Assembly: GCA_965199805.1 (NCBI GenBank)
Contig: CBDATO010000001.1
Span: 891,264 to 955,263 of the forward strand
DNA length: 64,000 nucleotides
From: Frankiaceae bacterium
GTDB taxonomy: Bacteria; Actinomycetota; Actinomycetes; Frankiales; Frankiaceae
Direction of reading: 5' to 3'
A program made the position numbers and the translations under genes. Shown piece by piece: positions 20,161-32,829 of the stretch. The notes below the pieces were generated by a model. The model had not been told where the DNA came from. It saw nothing but the letters and a program-made list of their open reading frames with translations, and searched no databases. Position 1 is the first letter of the stretch, and each line of letters opens with the position of its first letter.

Positions 20161-20733
20161 GTGAACGTCCACCTGACCCGCATCTACACGAAGACGGGCG
20201 ACGACGGCACCACCGCGCTCGGTGACATGAGCCGGGTCCGCAAGACCGACCCGCGCCTCACCGCCTACGCCGACGTCGACGAGGCCAACTCGGCGATCGG
20301 GGTGGCCATCGCCCTCGGCGGGCTGTCCGACGACGTCGTCGCGCTCCTGACCACGATCCAGAACGATCTTTTCGACGTGGGCGCCGACCTGTGCACGCCG
20401 GTGGTCGACGAGCCGGCGTACCCACCGCTTCGGGTCACCGACGCCCAGGTGGAAGCCCTCGAGCAGGCGTGCGACACCTACAACGCCACGCTGGGCAAGC
20501 TGAACTCGTTCATCCTGCCCGGGGGCACGCCGGGAGCAGCCCTGCTGCACGTGGCGCGCACGGTGGTGCGGCGGGCCGAGCGAGCGACGTGGGCGCTGCT
20601 CGAGGCCGAGCCGGAGAGAACGAACCGCACCACGGCGCTCTACCTCAACCGACTGAGCGACCTGGCCTTCATCCTCGCGCGGGTGGCCAACCCCGGCGGC
20701 GACGTGCTGTGGAAGCCGGGCGGCGAGCGCTGA
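20161..20733 (+). CDS. PduO-type ATP:cob(I)alamin adenosyltransferase
   Basis: 190 aa. [12 protein letters not shown]-terminus and [12 protein letters not shown] motif. Position is equivalent to M. tuberculosis Rv1314c. Confidence 0.9.
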   Translation: MNVHLTRIYTKTGDDGTTALGDMSRVRKTDPRLTAYADVDEANSAIGVAIALGGLSDDVVALLTTIQNDLFDVGADLCTPVVDEPAYPPLRVTDAQVEALEQACDTYNATLGKLNSFILPGGTPGAALLHVARTVVRRAERATWALLEAEPERTNRTTALYLNRLSDLAFILARVANPGGDVLWKPGGER

Positions 20734-20991
20734 CTACGCGAGCTCGGCGCGCTCGGCGAGGATGCTCACGCCGGTGTGGGTCACCGAGAGGAAGCCGCCG
20801 CTGACCTTGGCCACGACCTCGCTGCCACCGGTCTTGATACGGACCTCGCCGGAATCGGCGAGGACGCCGAGCAGCGGGACGTGGCCCTCGAGCACACCGA
20901 TCTCGCCGTCGAGCGTACGAGCGGACACCATCTCCGCCTCCCCCGACCAGACTTCCTGCTCCGGGGAAACGACTGCCACCCTCATCGCCAT
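20734..20991 (-). CDS. atpC: F1 ATP synthase epsilon subunit, short form (beta-sandwich only)
   Basis: 85 aa from the ATG at 20991 (MAMRVAVVSPEQEVWSGEAEMV...GGFLSVTHTGVSILAERAELA). Aligns with the epsilon N-terminal domain and ends where the C-terminal helices normally begin. The frame stays open upstream to 21183 (see findings). Confidence 0.8.
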   Translation of the reverse strand: MAMRVAVVSPEQEVWSGEAEMVSARTLDGEIGVLEGHVPLLGVLADSGEVRIKTGGSEVVAKVSGGFLSVTHTGVSILAERAELA

Positions 20992-21244
20992 GTGCGGCAG
21001 CTTACCGGCTCCCGACCCCGGCGGATCGGCGGTCGCCGCGACGGTGAAGGCGAGCAGCAGCAGCGCCGGGAGCGCCGGCGCGAGGACGGTCGGGATCCGG
21101 CCGCGACCACGGTTCGCGGCGCGCAGCCGCGCCAGGACCCCGGGACGGGTCGCCACCGCACTGCTGTAACCGAGTACGGCCATGGGCCTTGAATCGGCAC
21201 ATCACGGCCCCCAGGGAGTCGGGGACGTGCGGGTGAACGAGAAC

Positions 21245-21274
21245 CGGCCCCGTACGCGAGTGCGTACGGGGCCG
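21245..21274 (-). terminator. strong hairpin 20 nt downstream of atpD
   Basis: RNA CGGCCCCGUACGC-ACUC-GCGUACGGGGCCG forms a 13-bp perfect stem, followed by GUUCUCGUUC. Confidence 0.55.
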
Positions 21275-21294
21275 ATGCCGAGCTCTCGGACTGC

Positions 21295-23651
<2,357 letters not shown>

Positions 23652-23664
23652 CTAGATCAGCCGC

Positions 23665-25323
23665 TCAGGAACCGGACTCGGTCGACGGCGGGACGTACCG
23701 CTTGATCGACTCCTCGCCACGCTCGGAGTCGTCGAGCTGGTCGGCAGCGCCCTCCTTGTTGAAGGCGATGCCGCCGCCGGCGCCGGAGAACTCGCCGGCG
23801 AACTGCGACGTGGCCGTCTCGAGCTGCTCGATCGTGCCGTCGTCGAGCTTGCCCGACTCCAGGATCGCGGAGTAGATGCCCGGGTGACGGCGACCGACGA
23901 AGTCGATGAACTCCCGCTCGAAGCGGCGCACGTCGGCGATCGGGACCTGGTCGAGCTTGCCGGTGGTGCCGAGCCAGATCGAGATGACCTGGTGCTCGAC
24001 CGGGTACGGCGAGTACTGCGGCTGCTTGAGCAGCTCGACGAGGCGCTGGCCACGGTCGAGCTGGGCCTTCGACGCCTTGTCGAGGTCGGACCCGAAGGCC
24101 GCGAAGGACTCGAGGTCGCGGTACTGGGCGAGGTCCAGACGGAGGCGACCGGCCACCGACTTCATGGCCTTGATCTGGGCGTTGCCGCCGACCCGGGACA
24201 CCGAGATACCGACGTTGATGGCCGGTCGGACGCCCTGGTTGAACAGGTCGGTCTCGAGGAAGATCTGGCCGTCGGTGATCGAGATGACGTTGGTCGGGAT
24301 GTACGCCGAGACGTCGTTGCCCTTGGTCTCGATGATCGGCAGGCCGGTCATCGAGCCGCCGCCGAGCTCGTCGCTCAGCTTGGCGCAACGCTCGAGCAGA
24401 CGCGAGTGCAAGTAGAAGACGTCGCCCGGGTAGGCCTCACGCCCCGGCGGACGGCGCAGCAGCAGTGAGATGGCCCGGTAGGCCTCGGCCTGCTTGGACA
24501 GGTCGTCGAACACGATGAGGACGTGCTGGCCCTGGTACATCCAGTGCTGGCCGATGGCCGAGCCGGTGTACGCCGCCAGGTACTTGAAGCCGGCGGGCTG
24601 GCTGGCAGGAGCAGCGACGATCGTCGTGTACTCGAGCGCGCCGGCCTCCTCGAGCGAGCCGCGCAGGGCCGCGATCGTCGAGCCCTTCTGGCCGATGGCG
24701 ACGTAGATGCACTTGACCTGCTTCTTCGGGTCGCCACTCGCCCAGTTGTCACGCTGGTTGATGATCGCGTCGATGGCGACCGCGCTCTTGCCGGTCTGCC
24801 GGTCACCGATGATCAGCTGGCGCTGGCCACGGCCGATCGCCGTCATGGCGTCGATGGCCTTGATGCCGGTCTGCAGCGGCTCCTTCACCGGCTGGCGCTG
24901 GACCACCGTGGGGGCCTGCAGCTCGAGCACGCGCCGGGCCTCGGGCACGATCTCGCCGAGACCGTCCATCGGACGGCCCAGGGCGTCGACGACGCGGCCG
25001 AGGTAGCCGTCGCCGACCGGCACCGAGAGCACCTCGCCGGTGCGCCGGACCTCGGTGCCCTCCTCGATGTGCTGGGACTCGCCGAGGATGACGACGCCGA
25101 TCTCACCGATGTCGAGGTTCTGCGCGAGACCGAGCGTGCCGTCCGCGAACTGCAGCAGCTCGTTGGTCATAGTGCGGGCGAGGCCCTCGACGGTCGCGAT
25201 GCCGTCGCCGGTCTCGATGACGCGACCGACCTCTTCGCGTTCACCGGCGGAAGGGTCGTAGGACTCGACGAATTCGCGAAGGGCATCGCGGATCTCGTCC
25301 GGGCGGATCGACAGTTCGGTCAT
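23665..25323 (-). CDS. atpA: F1 ATP synthase alpha subunit
   Basis: 552 aa. Walker A GDRQTGKS, plus a typical actinobacterial C-terminal extension. Confidence 0.97.
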   Translation of the reverse strand: MTELSIRPDEIRDALREFVESYDPSAGEREEVGRVIETGDGIATVEGLARTMTNELLQFADGTLGLAQNLDIGEIGVVILGESQHIEEGTEVRRTGEVLSVPVGDGYLGRVVDALGRPMDGLGEIVPEARRVLELQAPTVVQRQPVKEPLQTGIKAIDAMTAIGRGQRQLIIGDRQTGKSAVAIDAIINQRDNWASGDPKKQVKCIYVAIGQKGSTIAALRGSLEEAGALEYTTIVAAPASQPAGFKYLAAYTGSAIGQHWMYQGQHVLIVFDDLSKQAEAYRAISLLLRRPPGREAYPGDVFYLHSRLLERCAKLSDELGGGSMTGLPIIETKGNDVSAYIPTNVISITDGQIFLETDLFNQGVRPAINVGISVSRVGGNAQIKAMKSVAGRLRLDLAQYRDLESFAAFGSDLDKASKAQLDRGQRLVELLKQPQYSPYPVEHQVISIWLGTTGKLDQVPIADVRRFEREFIDFVGRRHPGIYSAILESGKLDDGTIEQLETATSQFAGEFSGAGGGIAFNKEGAADQLDDSERGEESIKRYVPPSTESGS

Positions 25324-25383
25324 CTGCGGCCTCGAATTTCAGTGGAGACGCTGGTACGGGAAGGTCTGCGCGCAATGCACAGC

Positions 25384-25428
25384 AAAAACGCCGCGCCGGC
25401 CGGAAGCGGATGCTTCGGCCGGGCGGCG
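25384..25428 (-). terminator. canonical intrinsic-terminator-like element between atpH and atpA
   Basis: 10 nt after the atpH stop. RNA CGCCGCCCGGCCGAAGC-AUCC-GCUUCCGGCCGGCGCGGCG forms a 17-bp stem with two single-nt bulges, followed immediately by UUUUUG. Confidence 0.6.
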
Positions 25429-25438
25429 TGAAGGGGGT

Positions 25439-26266
25439 CTAGCGGCGGAGCTGGCGACGGGCCTCGGCAAGACGGCGGAGCACGGTGCCGTCGACGACCT
25501 CGTCGCCGACGCGTACGGAGACGCCGCCCACGATCGCGGGGTCGATGACCACCTGCAGGACGACCTCGGTGCCGAACGCACGCGCCACAGCGGCGCGCAG
25601 CCGCTCGGCCTGCTCGGCATCGAGCGGACGGGCGACCGTGACGACGGCGATGGAGCGCTGCCGCCGCAGGGACGCCAGCTCGGCCAGCGACTCGAGCTCA
25701 CGGCCGACTCCCCGGCCACGCGGGTTCGACACGACCCGCTCGACGAGACGCCGGGTGGCGGGACTGACCCGTCCGTCCAGCAGCCGGTCGATCAGGGCGG
25801 TCTTGCGATCGTCCGGCAGTCCCTTGTCGGACAGCGCGAGCGAGAGCCGCGGTGTGCGGTCGACGATCCGGGCGAACCGGAACAGCTCGTCCTCGACCTC
25901 GTCGAGCCCACCCGTGACCTGCTCACTCGCGAGCAGAGCCTCCGAGCCGAGCTCGTCCGTGGCGGCGATCAGGTCGGCCGGCCGTGACCAGCGACTGCTG
26001 ACCACCGCGCGCAGCACCTCGAGCGACAGCTCGGAGAACTGGCCGCCGACGAGGCGACCGAGCAGACCGGTGCGCACCGACGCGGGAAGCCCCGGGTCGG
26101 CGAGCGCCCGGCGCAGCCCGATCTCACGACCCAGCAGGTCGGCGAACGAGAAGAGCTCCTCGGAAGCCTGCCGCAGGGCCGCGGGCTCGCTGAAGGACCC
26201 GGCGCCGGTCAGCTCGTCGAGCCGCTCGCGCGCCTGCTCCAAGCTGGCCCGGCTGCTGACCTCCAT
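25439..26266 (-). CDS. atpH: F1 ATP synthase delta (OSCP) subunit, long actinobacterial form
   Basis: 275 aa from the ATG at 26266, directly after the atpF stop. OSCP C-terminus (DPAIVGGVSVRVGDEVVDGTV). The 430-aa track ORF was rejected. Confidence 0.9.
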   Translation of the reverse strand: MEVSSRASLEQARERLDELTGAGSFSEPAALRQASEELFSFADLLGREIGLRRALADPGLPASVRTGLLGRLVGGQFSELSLEVLRAVVSSRWSRPADLIAATDELGSEALLASEQVTGGLDEVEDELFRFARIVDRTPRLSLALSDKGLPDDRKTALIDRLLDGRVSPATRRLVERVVSNPRGRGVGRELESLAELASLRRQRSIAVVTVARPLDAEQAERLRAAVARAFGTEVVLQVVIDPAIVGGVSVRVGDEVVDGTVLRRLAEARRQLRR

Positions 26267-26268
26267 GC

Positions 26269-26832
26269 TCAAGCCCCCGACCCCGTGGCCGCGGACTCCA
26301 CCGGAGCCGACTCGAGCCCGGCGATGAAGTCGTCGATGAGCTGACGCTGACGCTCGTCGTTGGAAAGCTCGTGCCCGACGATGCGCTCGGCGAGCTCCAT
26401 GGCGATGCTGCCGACCTCGAGACGGAGCTGGGAAACGGCCTGCGTGCGCTGCTGAGCGAGCTGGTCGGCGAAGGTACGTGCCCGCTCCTCGCGCTCCACG
26501 GCCAGCTTCTCCTCCATCTCGCGACGGATGGCAGCCGCATCGGCATTGGCCTGCTCGCGGATGCTCGCGGACTCCTGCCGGGCCTCGGCCAGCTGGGCGC
26601 GGTACTGCTCGAGCGCCTGCTGTGCCTCTTGCTGCGCCTGCGCCGCACGCTCCATGCCGCCCTCGATCGCCTCGCGGCGCTCGTGGAAGACCTTCTCCGC
26701 ACGCGGGAAGGCCGTCTTCAGCAGGAGCCACACCAGAACACCGAAGGCGATGAAACCGATGATGATCTCACCGCCGGCGGGAACCAGAGGGTTCTCGTTC
26801 TCCGCGGCGGAGACCAAGGCGGTGGTGATCAC
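26269..26832 (-). CDS. atpF: F0 ATP synthase subunit b
   Basis: 187 aa. One N-terminal TM helix followed by a long charged helix. Confidence 0.9.
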   Translation of the reverse strand: MITTALVSAAENENPLVPAGGEIIIGFIAFGVLVWLLLKTAFPRAEKVFHERREAIEGGMERAAQAQQEAQQALEQYRAQLAEARQESASIREQANADAAAIRREMEEKLAVEREERARTFADQLAQQRTQAVSQLRLEVGSIAMELAERIVGHELSNDERQRQLIDDFIAGLESAPVESAATGSGA

Positions 26833-26839
26833 GGTCAGA

Positions 26840-27070
26840 TCACTTACCGAAGACGAACGGCACGATCAGACCGATCAGCGCGAGCGCCTCGGCCAAGGCG
26901 AAACCGAGGAACAGGTAGGTACGCGTGAGGCCGGCGCTCTCCGGCTGGCGAGCCGTCGAGTTGATGTAGGCCGCGAACACGAGACCCACGCCGATGGCGG
27001 GGCCAATGGCCGCGAGGCCGTAGCCGATCGAACCGATACTGCCGGTGACCTCGGCTTGAAGTAGAGCCAT
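26840..27070 (-). CDS. atpE: F0 ATP synthase subunit c
   Basis: 76-aa hairpin proteolipid with carboxylate motif FALAEALALIGL. Strong GAGGAGGA RBS upstream. Confidence 0.95.
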   Translation of the reverse strand: MALLQAEVTGSIGSIGYGLAAIGPAIGVGLVFAAYINSTARQPESAGLTRTYLFLGFALAEALALIGLIVPFVFGK

Positions 27071-27128
27071 GTCTGTCGGGTCCTCCTCGTAGGGGGGGTT
27101 GGCCTGGCAGGCACTTGCCGCAGGCAGA

Positions 27129-27932
27129 TCAGTGCTCCTCCGCCATCGCGTTAGAGATGTATACGGAGGTCAGAATGGTGAAGACGTACGCCTGCAGCGA
27201 GATGACGATGAGCTCGAACAGCGTAAGGACGATCGACATGATGAACGAGACGCCGCCGAACACGTAACCGGTGCCGCCCGTACCGAAGAGGTACAGGGCG
27301 CCGCCGAAGAACACCAGCAGCAACAGGTGACCGGCGAACATGTTGGCGAAGAGCCGGATGGCCAGCGTGGCCGGCTGCAGGATCAGCTGCGAGATGATCT
27401 CGATCGGCGTGACGATGAACAGGATGTACCAGGGCACGCCGGGCGGGAAGGCAATGCCCTTGAAGTAACCCCAGAGCCCTTTGCGCTTGATGCCGACGTA
27501 GTTGTAGATGCCGTAGGTGATCAGCGCCAGGACCAGCGGGAACGCGATCCGCGAGTTCACCGGCACCTGGGCCAGCGGCAGGATCTCGTAGAAGTTGTTC
27601 ACGAAGATGAAGGCGAACAGCACGGTCAGGTAGGGCGCGAACTTGAGTCCGGCAGGCCCCATGACCTCTCGGGCCACACCCTCGCGGATGAACCCATACA
27701 CCGATTCGGCCGCCCACTGCAGCCGACCGGGGACGATCTTCGGGTTGCGGAACGCGAAGTAGAAGAACGCGCCGACCAGCACGACCGAGAACAGCACCAG
27801 CGTGTAGATGCGGTTGAAATGGATGTGCAGCCCGAAAAGCGTGAAGTCGGTGAACGACTTGAAGTCGAACGACGACGTTCCGATCGGGTGCTCATCCTGG
27901 AAACCTGGATGTGCTGCCGCCAGGACGATCAC
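27129..27932 (-). CDS. atpB: F0 ATP synthase subunit a
   Basis: 267 aa from the GTG at 27932. Essential Arg motif (LAIRLFANMFAGH). The start overlaps the stop of the upstream small gene (GTGA), so its position is moderately certain. Confidence 0.9.
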   Translation of the reverse strand: MIVLAAAHPGFQDEHPIGTSSFDFKSFTDFTLFGLHIHFNRIYTLVLFSVVLVGAFFYFAFRNPKIVPGRLQWAAESVYGFIREGVAREVMGPAGLKFAPYLTVLFAFIFVNNFYEILPLAQVPVNSRIAFPLVLALITYGIYNYVGIKRKGLWGYFKGIAFPPGVPWYILFIVTPIEIISQLILQPATLAIRLFANMFAGHLLLLVFFGGALYLFGTGGTGYVFGGVSFIMSIVLTLFELIVISLQAYVFTILTSVYISNAMAEEH

Positions 27933-28159
27933 TCGCCGCTCACCGCCCTGCCCCACTTCACGTAGACGAGATAGACACCAGCAACGGCCCCGACGATGAG
28001 GCCAACCATGATCAAGAAGTGCGTACCCAACCAACGGTCGAGCCCATAGCCGATCGCCGCCCACAGTGCCGGGGCCACGAACAACGTACCGGTGATCTCG
28101 GCTGCGTTCGCATCGTGGTGGCCCAGCCGATCGTGCGGGGGCGCCTTGACCGGCTTCAT
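27929..28159 (-). CDS. AtpZ/AtpI-like small membrane protein
   Basis: 76 aa with two TM helices, immediately upstream of and coupled to atpB. Confidence 0.65.
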   Translation of the reverse strand: MKPVKAPPHDRLGHHDANAAEITGTLFVAPALWAAIGYGLDRWLGTHFLIMVGLIVGAVAGVYLVYVKWGRAVSGE

Positions 28160-28227
28160 GACTCGGTCACAGTACCAAGCACTTCACGGCACCTGACCAG
28201 CGGATCGCAACACATCGGCAACAACGC

Positions 28228-28740
28228 TCACATCTTCCGTACAACGGGCGTCACACCCGCGGCATCTGCGGACCCGGCGTCGTCATCAGGACCTGTGGAC
28301 TCGCCCGAGTTGCCGACCTCCGGCAGGACGACGTACGGCATACGCGTACGCCAGACGCCGACCGCGTGCGAGATCAGCCAGCCGAGCGTCGCTCCCACCA
28401 CCGTCCACGCGAAGGCGGGGCCGTTGAGGTGCTTCGCCCAGTCGGTACCGAAGACGATGACGCCGAGCACGACCACCTTCACGCCGTAGACGGTGAGAGC
28501 GACAGGCAGGGTCAGTCCGGGACCCACCGTGTTGGCCATCTCCACCAGCACCATGCTGACGAGGAAGAACAGGCTCACCAGGAGCAGTCCGACCGCGGAG
28601 CTGACCAGTCCGCGTACGCCGCCGAAGCCTCCGGAGAGCGCCAGGGCCACCGGTGCGGCGAGCGCCACGCCACGCAGGCCCGCGCGCAGCGTGAGGCCGA
28701 GCGGGGTGGGCACCTGGCCGGCCGGTGCGGTGATGCTCAT
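28228..28740 (-). CDS. conserved integral membrane protein (Rv1303-position homologue)
   Basis: 170 aa with about 4 TM helices. ATGA overlap with wecA. Sits between rfe/wecA and atpB, as in mycobacteria. Confidence 0.65.
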   Translation of the reverse strand: MSITAPAGQVPTPLGLTLRAGLRGVALAAPVALALSGGFGGVRGLVSSAVGLLLVSLFFLVSMVLVEMANTVGPGLTLPVALTVYGVKVVVLGVIVFGTDWAKHLNGPAFAWTVVGATLGWLISHAVGVWRTRMPYVVLPEVGNSGESTGPDDDAGSADAAGVTPVVRKM

Positions 28741-29831
28741 CGGCCCGCCTTACCCGGCATCCGGACCACCACCAGCGACAGGGCCGCGAGTCCGGCCACC
28801 ACCAGCACGATGGTGAGCGGGGCGCTGGAGAACTGCGCGAGCACTCCTCCGAAGCCGAGCAGGGCGGCCCAGAACCACAGCAGCAGCACCGCACGCACGT
28901 GGGAGTGGCCGATCTCCAGCAGCCGGTGGTGCAGGTGCATCTTGTCGGGGCTGAACGGCGAACGCCGGGCCCGCGTACGGCGGATGACCGCCAACCCGAG
29001 GTCGACGAACGGGACGGCCAGCACCAGCAGCGGCACGAAGAGCGGGATCAGTGACGGCAGCCGGTCGGCGCCGGCGATGCCGCCGTACGAGACCTCCCCC
29101 GTCACCGACGTCACGCTGGCTGCCAGCAGCAGGCCGATCAGCATGGAGCCCGAATCGCCCATGAACTGGCGTGCCGGGTTGAAGTTGTGCGGCAGGAAGC
29201 CGACGCACACCCCGGCGGTCGCGACCGCGAGCAGGGTGGCCGGGGTGGCCCGGTAGAGGCCGTTGGTCACCGAGATGTGGTAGCTGTACGCGAACTCGGC
29301 CAGCGCCGCGATGGCCGCGACACCGGCGGCCAGCCCGTCCAGCCCGTCGACGAAGTTCATCGCGTTGACCAGCACGACCGTGAGCAGGACGGTCAGCGGC
29401 ACGGCCGTCTCGGGGCCGAGGCTCGCCGTGTTGCCGTTCGGCAGGATCGCGAACGACAGCTGGATGCCGAGCAGGACCATCACGCTGGCCGCGGCCACCT
29501 GGCCGGCCAGCTTCGTCACGGCGTCGATCGGCCACTTGTCGTCCACCGCCCCCAGCAGGCAGATGAGCGCACCGGCGATCAGCACCGCCCGGGGCTCGCC
29601 GTACGCCTTCGACACCTGCGACAGGAAAGGCAGCTGACCCGCGACCAGCAGGCCGGCAGCCAAGCCGGCGTACATCGCCACACCGCCGAGCCGCGGGGTC
29701 GGGATGACGTGCACGTCGCGATCGCGTGGCGCCGCCATCGCCCCGACCCGCGTCGCGAGCCGCCGGGTCAGCGGGGTGACGAGGAAGGTGACGGTCGCCG
29801 AGACGAGGAAGACCAGGATGTATTCGCGCAT
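28737..29831 (-). CDS. wecA: UDP-GlcNAc:undecaprenyl-phosphate GlcNAc-1-phosphate transferase (MraY/WecA family)
   Basis: 364 aa, polytopic. Motifs NAMNFVDGLDGLA and DSGSMLIG. Confidence 0.88.
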   Translation of the reverse strand: MREYILVFLVSATVTFLVTPLTRRLATRVGAMAAPRDRDVHVIPTPRLGGVAMYAGLAAGLLVAGQLPFLSQVSKAYGEPRAVLIAGALICLLGAVDDKWPIDAVTKLAGQVAAASVMVLLGIQLSFAILPNGNTASLGPETAVPLTVLLTVVLVNAMNFVDGLDGLAAGVAAIAALAEFAYSYHISVTNGLYRATPATLLAVATAGVCVGFLPHNFNPARQFMGDSGSMLIGLLLAASVTSVTGEVSYGGIAGADRLPSLIPLFVPLLVLAVPFVDLGLAVIRRTRARRSPFSPDKMHLHHRLLEIGHSHVRAVLLLWFWAALLGFGGVLAQFSSAPLTIVLVVAGLAALSLVVVRMPGKAGR

Positions 29832-29903
29832 CCCGCCTCGATTCTCGGACCTGCCCCCCGGGCCTGCCGCCCATCACTGCCCTATGGTGCCGCGCCTGAG
29901 CAC

Positions 29904-31262
29904 TCAGCCGGGGTAGATCGGGAAGCGCGCCACGAGCGAGCTCACCGCGGACGCGATCTCGGTGACGGGATCGGTGCCGCGCACCGCCCGGCCGATGAGA
30001 CCGGCGACCTCTTTCATCTCGCCCTCGCCCATCCCCTGCGTCGTCACCGACGGGGTGCCGACGCGGATGCCCGAGGCGACCGCCGGAGGCTGCGGGTCGT
30101 ACGGGATGGCGTTCTTGTTCAGCGTGATGCGGGCGGCGTCGGAGCGCGTCTCGGCCTCGGTGCCCGTGACGCCGAGCTCGCGCAGGTCGAGCAGCGCGAG
30201 GTGGGTGTCGGTCCCCCCGGCGACCGGACGGATGCCCTCGGCGGCCAGGCCGTCGGCGAGCGCCTGCGCGTTGGCGATCACACGCCGGGCGTAGTCCTGG
30301 AACGCCGGCTGCGCCGCCTCGTGCAGGGCGACGGCCTTGGCCGCCACCGCGTGCATCAGCGGACCACCCTGGCTGAACGGGAAGACGGCCTTGTCGACCT
30401 TCTTGGCCAGCTCCTCGGTGGACAGGATCATCCCGCCGCGCGGGCCGCGCAGCACCTTGTGGGTGGTGAAGGTGACGATGTCGGCGTAAGGCACCGGGCT
30501 CGGGATCGCCTTGCCGGCGACCAGGCCGATGAAGTGCGCCGCGTCGACCATCAGCCAGGCGCCGACCTCGTCGGCGATGGACCGGAAGGCGGCGAAGTCG
30601 ATGAGGCGCGGGTAGGCGGTGGCGCCGCAGATGATCAGCTTCGGCCGGTGCTCCTGAGCGAGCTTGCGCACCTCGTCGTAGTCGATCAGCTCGGTGTCCT
30701 CGCGCACGCCGTACGCGATCACGTTGAACCAGGCGCCGCTGAAGTTGACCTTGCTGCCGTGGGTGAGGTGCCCACCGTGCGGCAGTGACATGGCGAGCAC
30801 GGTGTCGCCCGGCTTGAGCAGCGCGGCGTAGGCGGCGAGGTTGGCGCTCGCGCCCGAGTGCGGCTGCAGGTTGGCGTGCTGGGCCCCGAAGAGCTCCTTG
30901 GCCCGCGCGATGGCGATCTCCTCGGCGCGGTCGACCACGGCGCAGCCGCCGTAGTAGCGCCGGCCCGGGTAGCCCTCCGCGTACTTGTTCGACAGGGTCG
31001 ATCCGAGCGCGGCCAGCACCGACGGGCTCGTGAAGTTCTCGCTCGCGATCAGCTGCAGGCCGCCGCGCGCCCGGTCGACCTCGTCGAGGAGCACCTCGGC
31101 GATGAGCGGGTCGGACGAGGCGAGCGCACCGAAGTCGGGACCCCAGAACGGGGACGCGCCACGGGCGGCGACGTTCTTGGCGGCAACGGCAACATCATCG
31201 GCGTCGTCGGGCACGGGGGCCTCCTCGGTGGTGATCGGCAGGTCAATCGTACGAGCGGGCAC
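29904..31262 (-). CDS. glyA: serine hydroxymethyltransferase
   Basis: PLP-Lys motif [15 protein letters not shown], plus [14 protein letters not shown]. The exact N-terminal start is uncertain. Confidence 0.93.
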   Translation of the reverse strand: MPARTIDLPITTEEAPVPDDADDVAVAAKNVAARGASPFWGPDFGALASSDPLIAEVLLDEVDRARGGLQLIASENFTSPSVLAALGSTLSNKYAEGYPGRRYYGGCAVVDRAEEIAIARAKELFGAQHANLQPHSGASANLAAYAALLKPGDTVLAMSLPHGGHLTHGSKVNFSGAWFNVIAYGVREDTELIDYDEVRKLAQEHRPKLIICGATAYPRLIDFAAFRSIADEVGAWLMVDAAHFIGLVAGKAIPSPVPYADIVTFTTHKVLRGPRGGMILSTEELAKKVDKAVFPFSQGGPLMHAVAAKAVALHEAAQPAFQDYARRVIANAQALADGLAAEGIRPVAGGTDTHLALLDLRELGVTGTEAETRSDAARITLNKNAIPYDPQPPAVASGIRVGTPSVTTQGMGEGEMKEVAGLIGRAVRGTDPVTEIASAVSSLVARFPIYPG

Positions 31263-31294
31263 CCCCGTAGCGGTGGGTCAGCTCGTGAACGTGA

Positions 31295-31996
31295 CTATTC
31301 CTGCAGGTCGGGCACTTCGCTGCGGAGCTCGTCGAGCGAGATGGCGCCCATCCGCAGCACGCGCGGCGGGCTGACCGTGCAGTCGACGATGGTGGACGCG
31401 AGCGCGTCCTCCGAGCGTCCGCCGTCCAGGTAAACGGCGACGTCGTCGCCCAGCTGCTCGTACGCGTCGAAGGCGTCGGCGGCCGGGGCGCGGCCCGACA
31501 CGTTGGCGCTCGACACCGCGAGCGGACCGGTGCGCTGCAGCAGCTCGATCGCGACCGGGTGCAGCGGCATCCGGATGGCGACCGTGCCGTCGGCGTCGCC
31601 GAGATCCCAGGCGAGCGCCATCGCGTGCCGCACGACCAGCGTGAGCCCGCCCGGCCAGAACGCCTTGCGCAGCAGGTCCGCCTCCGGCGAGACCCAGTCG
31701 ACCAGGCCGTCGAGCGTGGTCCACGAGCCGATGAGCACGGGAACGGGCATGTCGCGCCCGCGGTGCTTGGCGGCCAGCAGGGCGGCCACCGCGTTGGGCG
31801 AGAAGGCGTCGGCGGCGAGTCCGTAGACGGTGTCGGTCGGCAGCACGACCAGCTCGCCCAACGAGATCGCCCGCTCGGCCGCCTTGAGGCCGTCGGCGCG
31901 CTGCCCCGGGTCGCTGCAGTCGTACACAGCGTCGGAGACCGCCGAATCGAGGTCGACCGGATCGAGGTACACAGGGTGGGGATCGGGCTCTGTCAC
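31295..31996 (-). CDS. L-threonylcarbamoyladenylate synthase (YrdC/Sua5/YwlC family)
   Basis: Motifs VVLPTDTVYGLAADA and SSANVSG. The GTG at 31996 overlaps the prmC stop (GTGA). The track start at 32062 was rejected. Confidence 0.85.
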   Translation of the reverse strand: MTEPDPHPVYLDPVDLDSAVSDAVYDCSDPGQRADGLKAAERAISLGELVVLPTDTVYGLAADAFSPNAVAALLAAKHRGRDMPVPVLIGSWTTLDGLVDWVSPEADLLRKAFWPGGLTLVVRHAMALAWDLGDADGTVAIRMPLHPVAIELLQRTGPLAVSSANVSGRAPAADAFDAYEQLGDDVAVYLDGGRSEDALASTIVDCTVSPPRVLRMGAISLDELRSEVPDLQE

Positions 31997-32829
31997 GCGC
32001 GTACCGCCGTCAGGTAACGAGGGCGACCGGTGAGGTCGCGCTGGTCGGTCAGGTCCTGCCACCCGGCGAAGCAGGCGGGAGCACTGAGGCCCTGGTCGTC
32101 GCCGTGCTCGACGACGACGAGGCCACCGGGGCGCAGCAGCCGAGCCGCCGCTGCCGCGACCGCCCGCACGCAGTCGAGGCCGTCGGCGCCGGAGAAGAGC
32201 GCTGCGGCCGGGTCGTGGTCGGCGACCTCGGGCTCGAGGTGCGTACGCAGGCCGACCGGGAGGTAGGGCGGGTTGGACACCACGACGTCGACCGTGCCGT
32301 CGAGCTCGGGAAGGGCGTCGGACAGATCACCCTCGACCAGGGTCACGGGCAGGCCGGTCGCGGCCACGTTGCGCGCGGCCCACGCCAGCGCGGCGGGCTC
32401 ACGGTCGACCCCCCACACCACGGCTCCGGCGCACTCCTGCGCCGTCGCGAGCGCCAGGGCTCCGGTGCCCGTACCCAGGTCGACGACGCGGGGGGCGGTC
32501 AGCCGGTGCTCGCGGACGAATGCCAACACCGGGTCGATGAGCAGCTCGGTCTCCGGACGCGGCACCAGTGCCCCCGGCCCCACCTGCAGCTCCAGGTAGC
32601 GGAAGGTGGCGGTGCCCACGATGTGCTGCAGCGGCTCACGGGCCTCGCGGCGGGCGAGCAGCTGCTCGAGCACCGGGCCGGCTGCGGCGAGCGCGTCGGG
32701 GGTCGCCAGCAGGAGCCGGGATCGCGAGATGCCCAGCGCGTGCACGAGCAACGCCTCGGCGTCGTGGCGCGGGCTCGGCACGCCCGCGGCCTCGAGCCGG
32801 CGCGCGTAACCGGCCAGGACGCGCGTCAT
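31993..32829 (-). CDS. prmC: release-factor glutamine N5-methyltransferase
   Basis: SAM motif [12 protein letters not shown] and catalytic NPPY. ATGA-type overlap with prfA. Confidence 0.92.
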   Translation of the reverse strand: MTRVLAGYARRLEAAGVPSPRHDAEALLVHALGISRSRLLLATPDALAAAGPVLEQLLARREAREPLQHIVGTATFRYLELQVGPGALVPRPETELLIDPVLAFVREHRLTAPRVVDLGTGTGALALATAQECAGAVVWGVDREPAALAWAARNVAATGLPVTLVEGDLSDALPELDGTVDVVVSNPPYLPVGLRTHLEPEVADHDPAAALFSGADGLDCVRAVAAAAARLLRPGGLVVVEHGDDQGLSAPACFAGWQDLTDQRDLTGRPRYLTAVRA

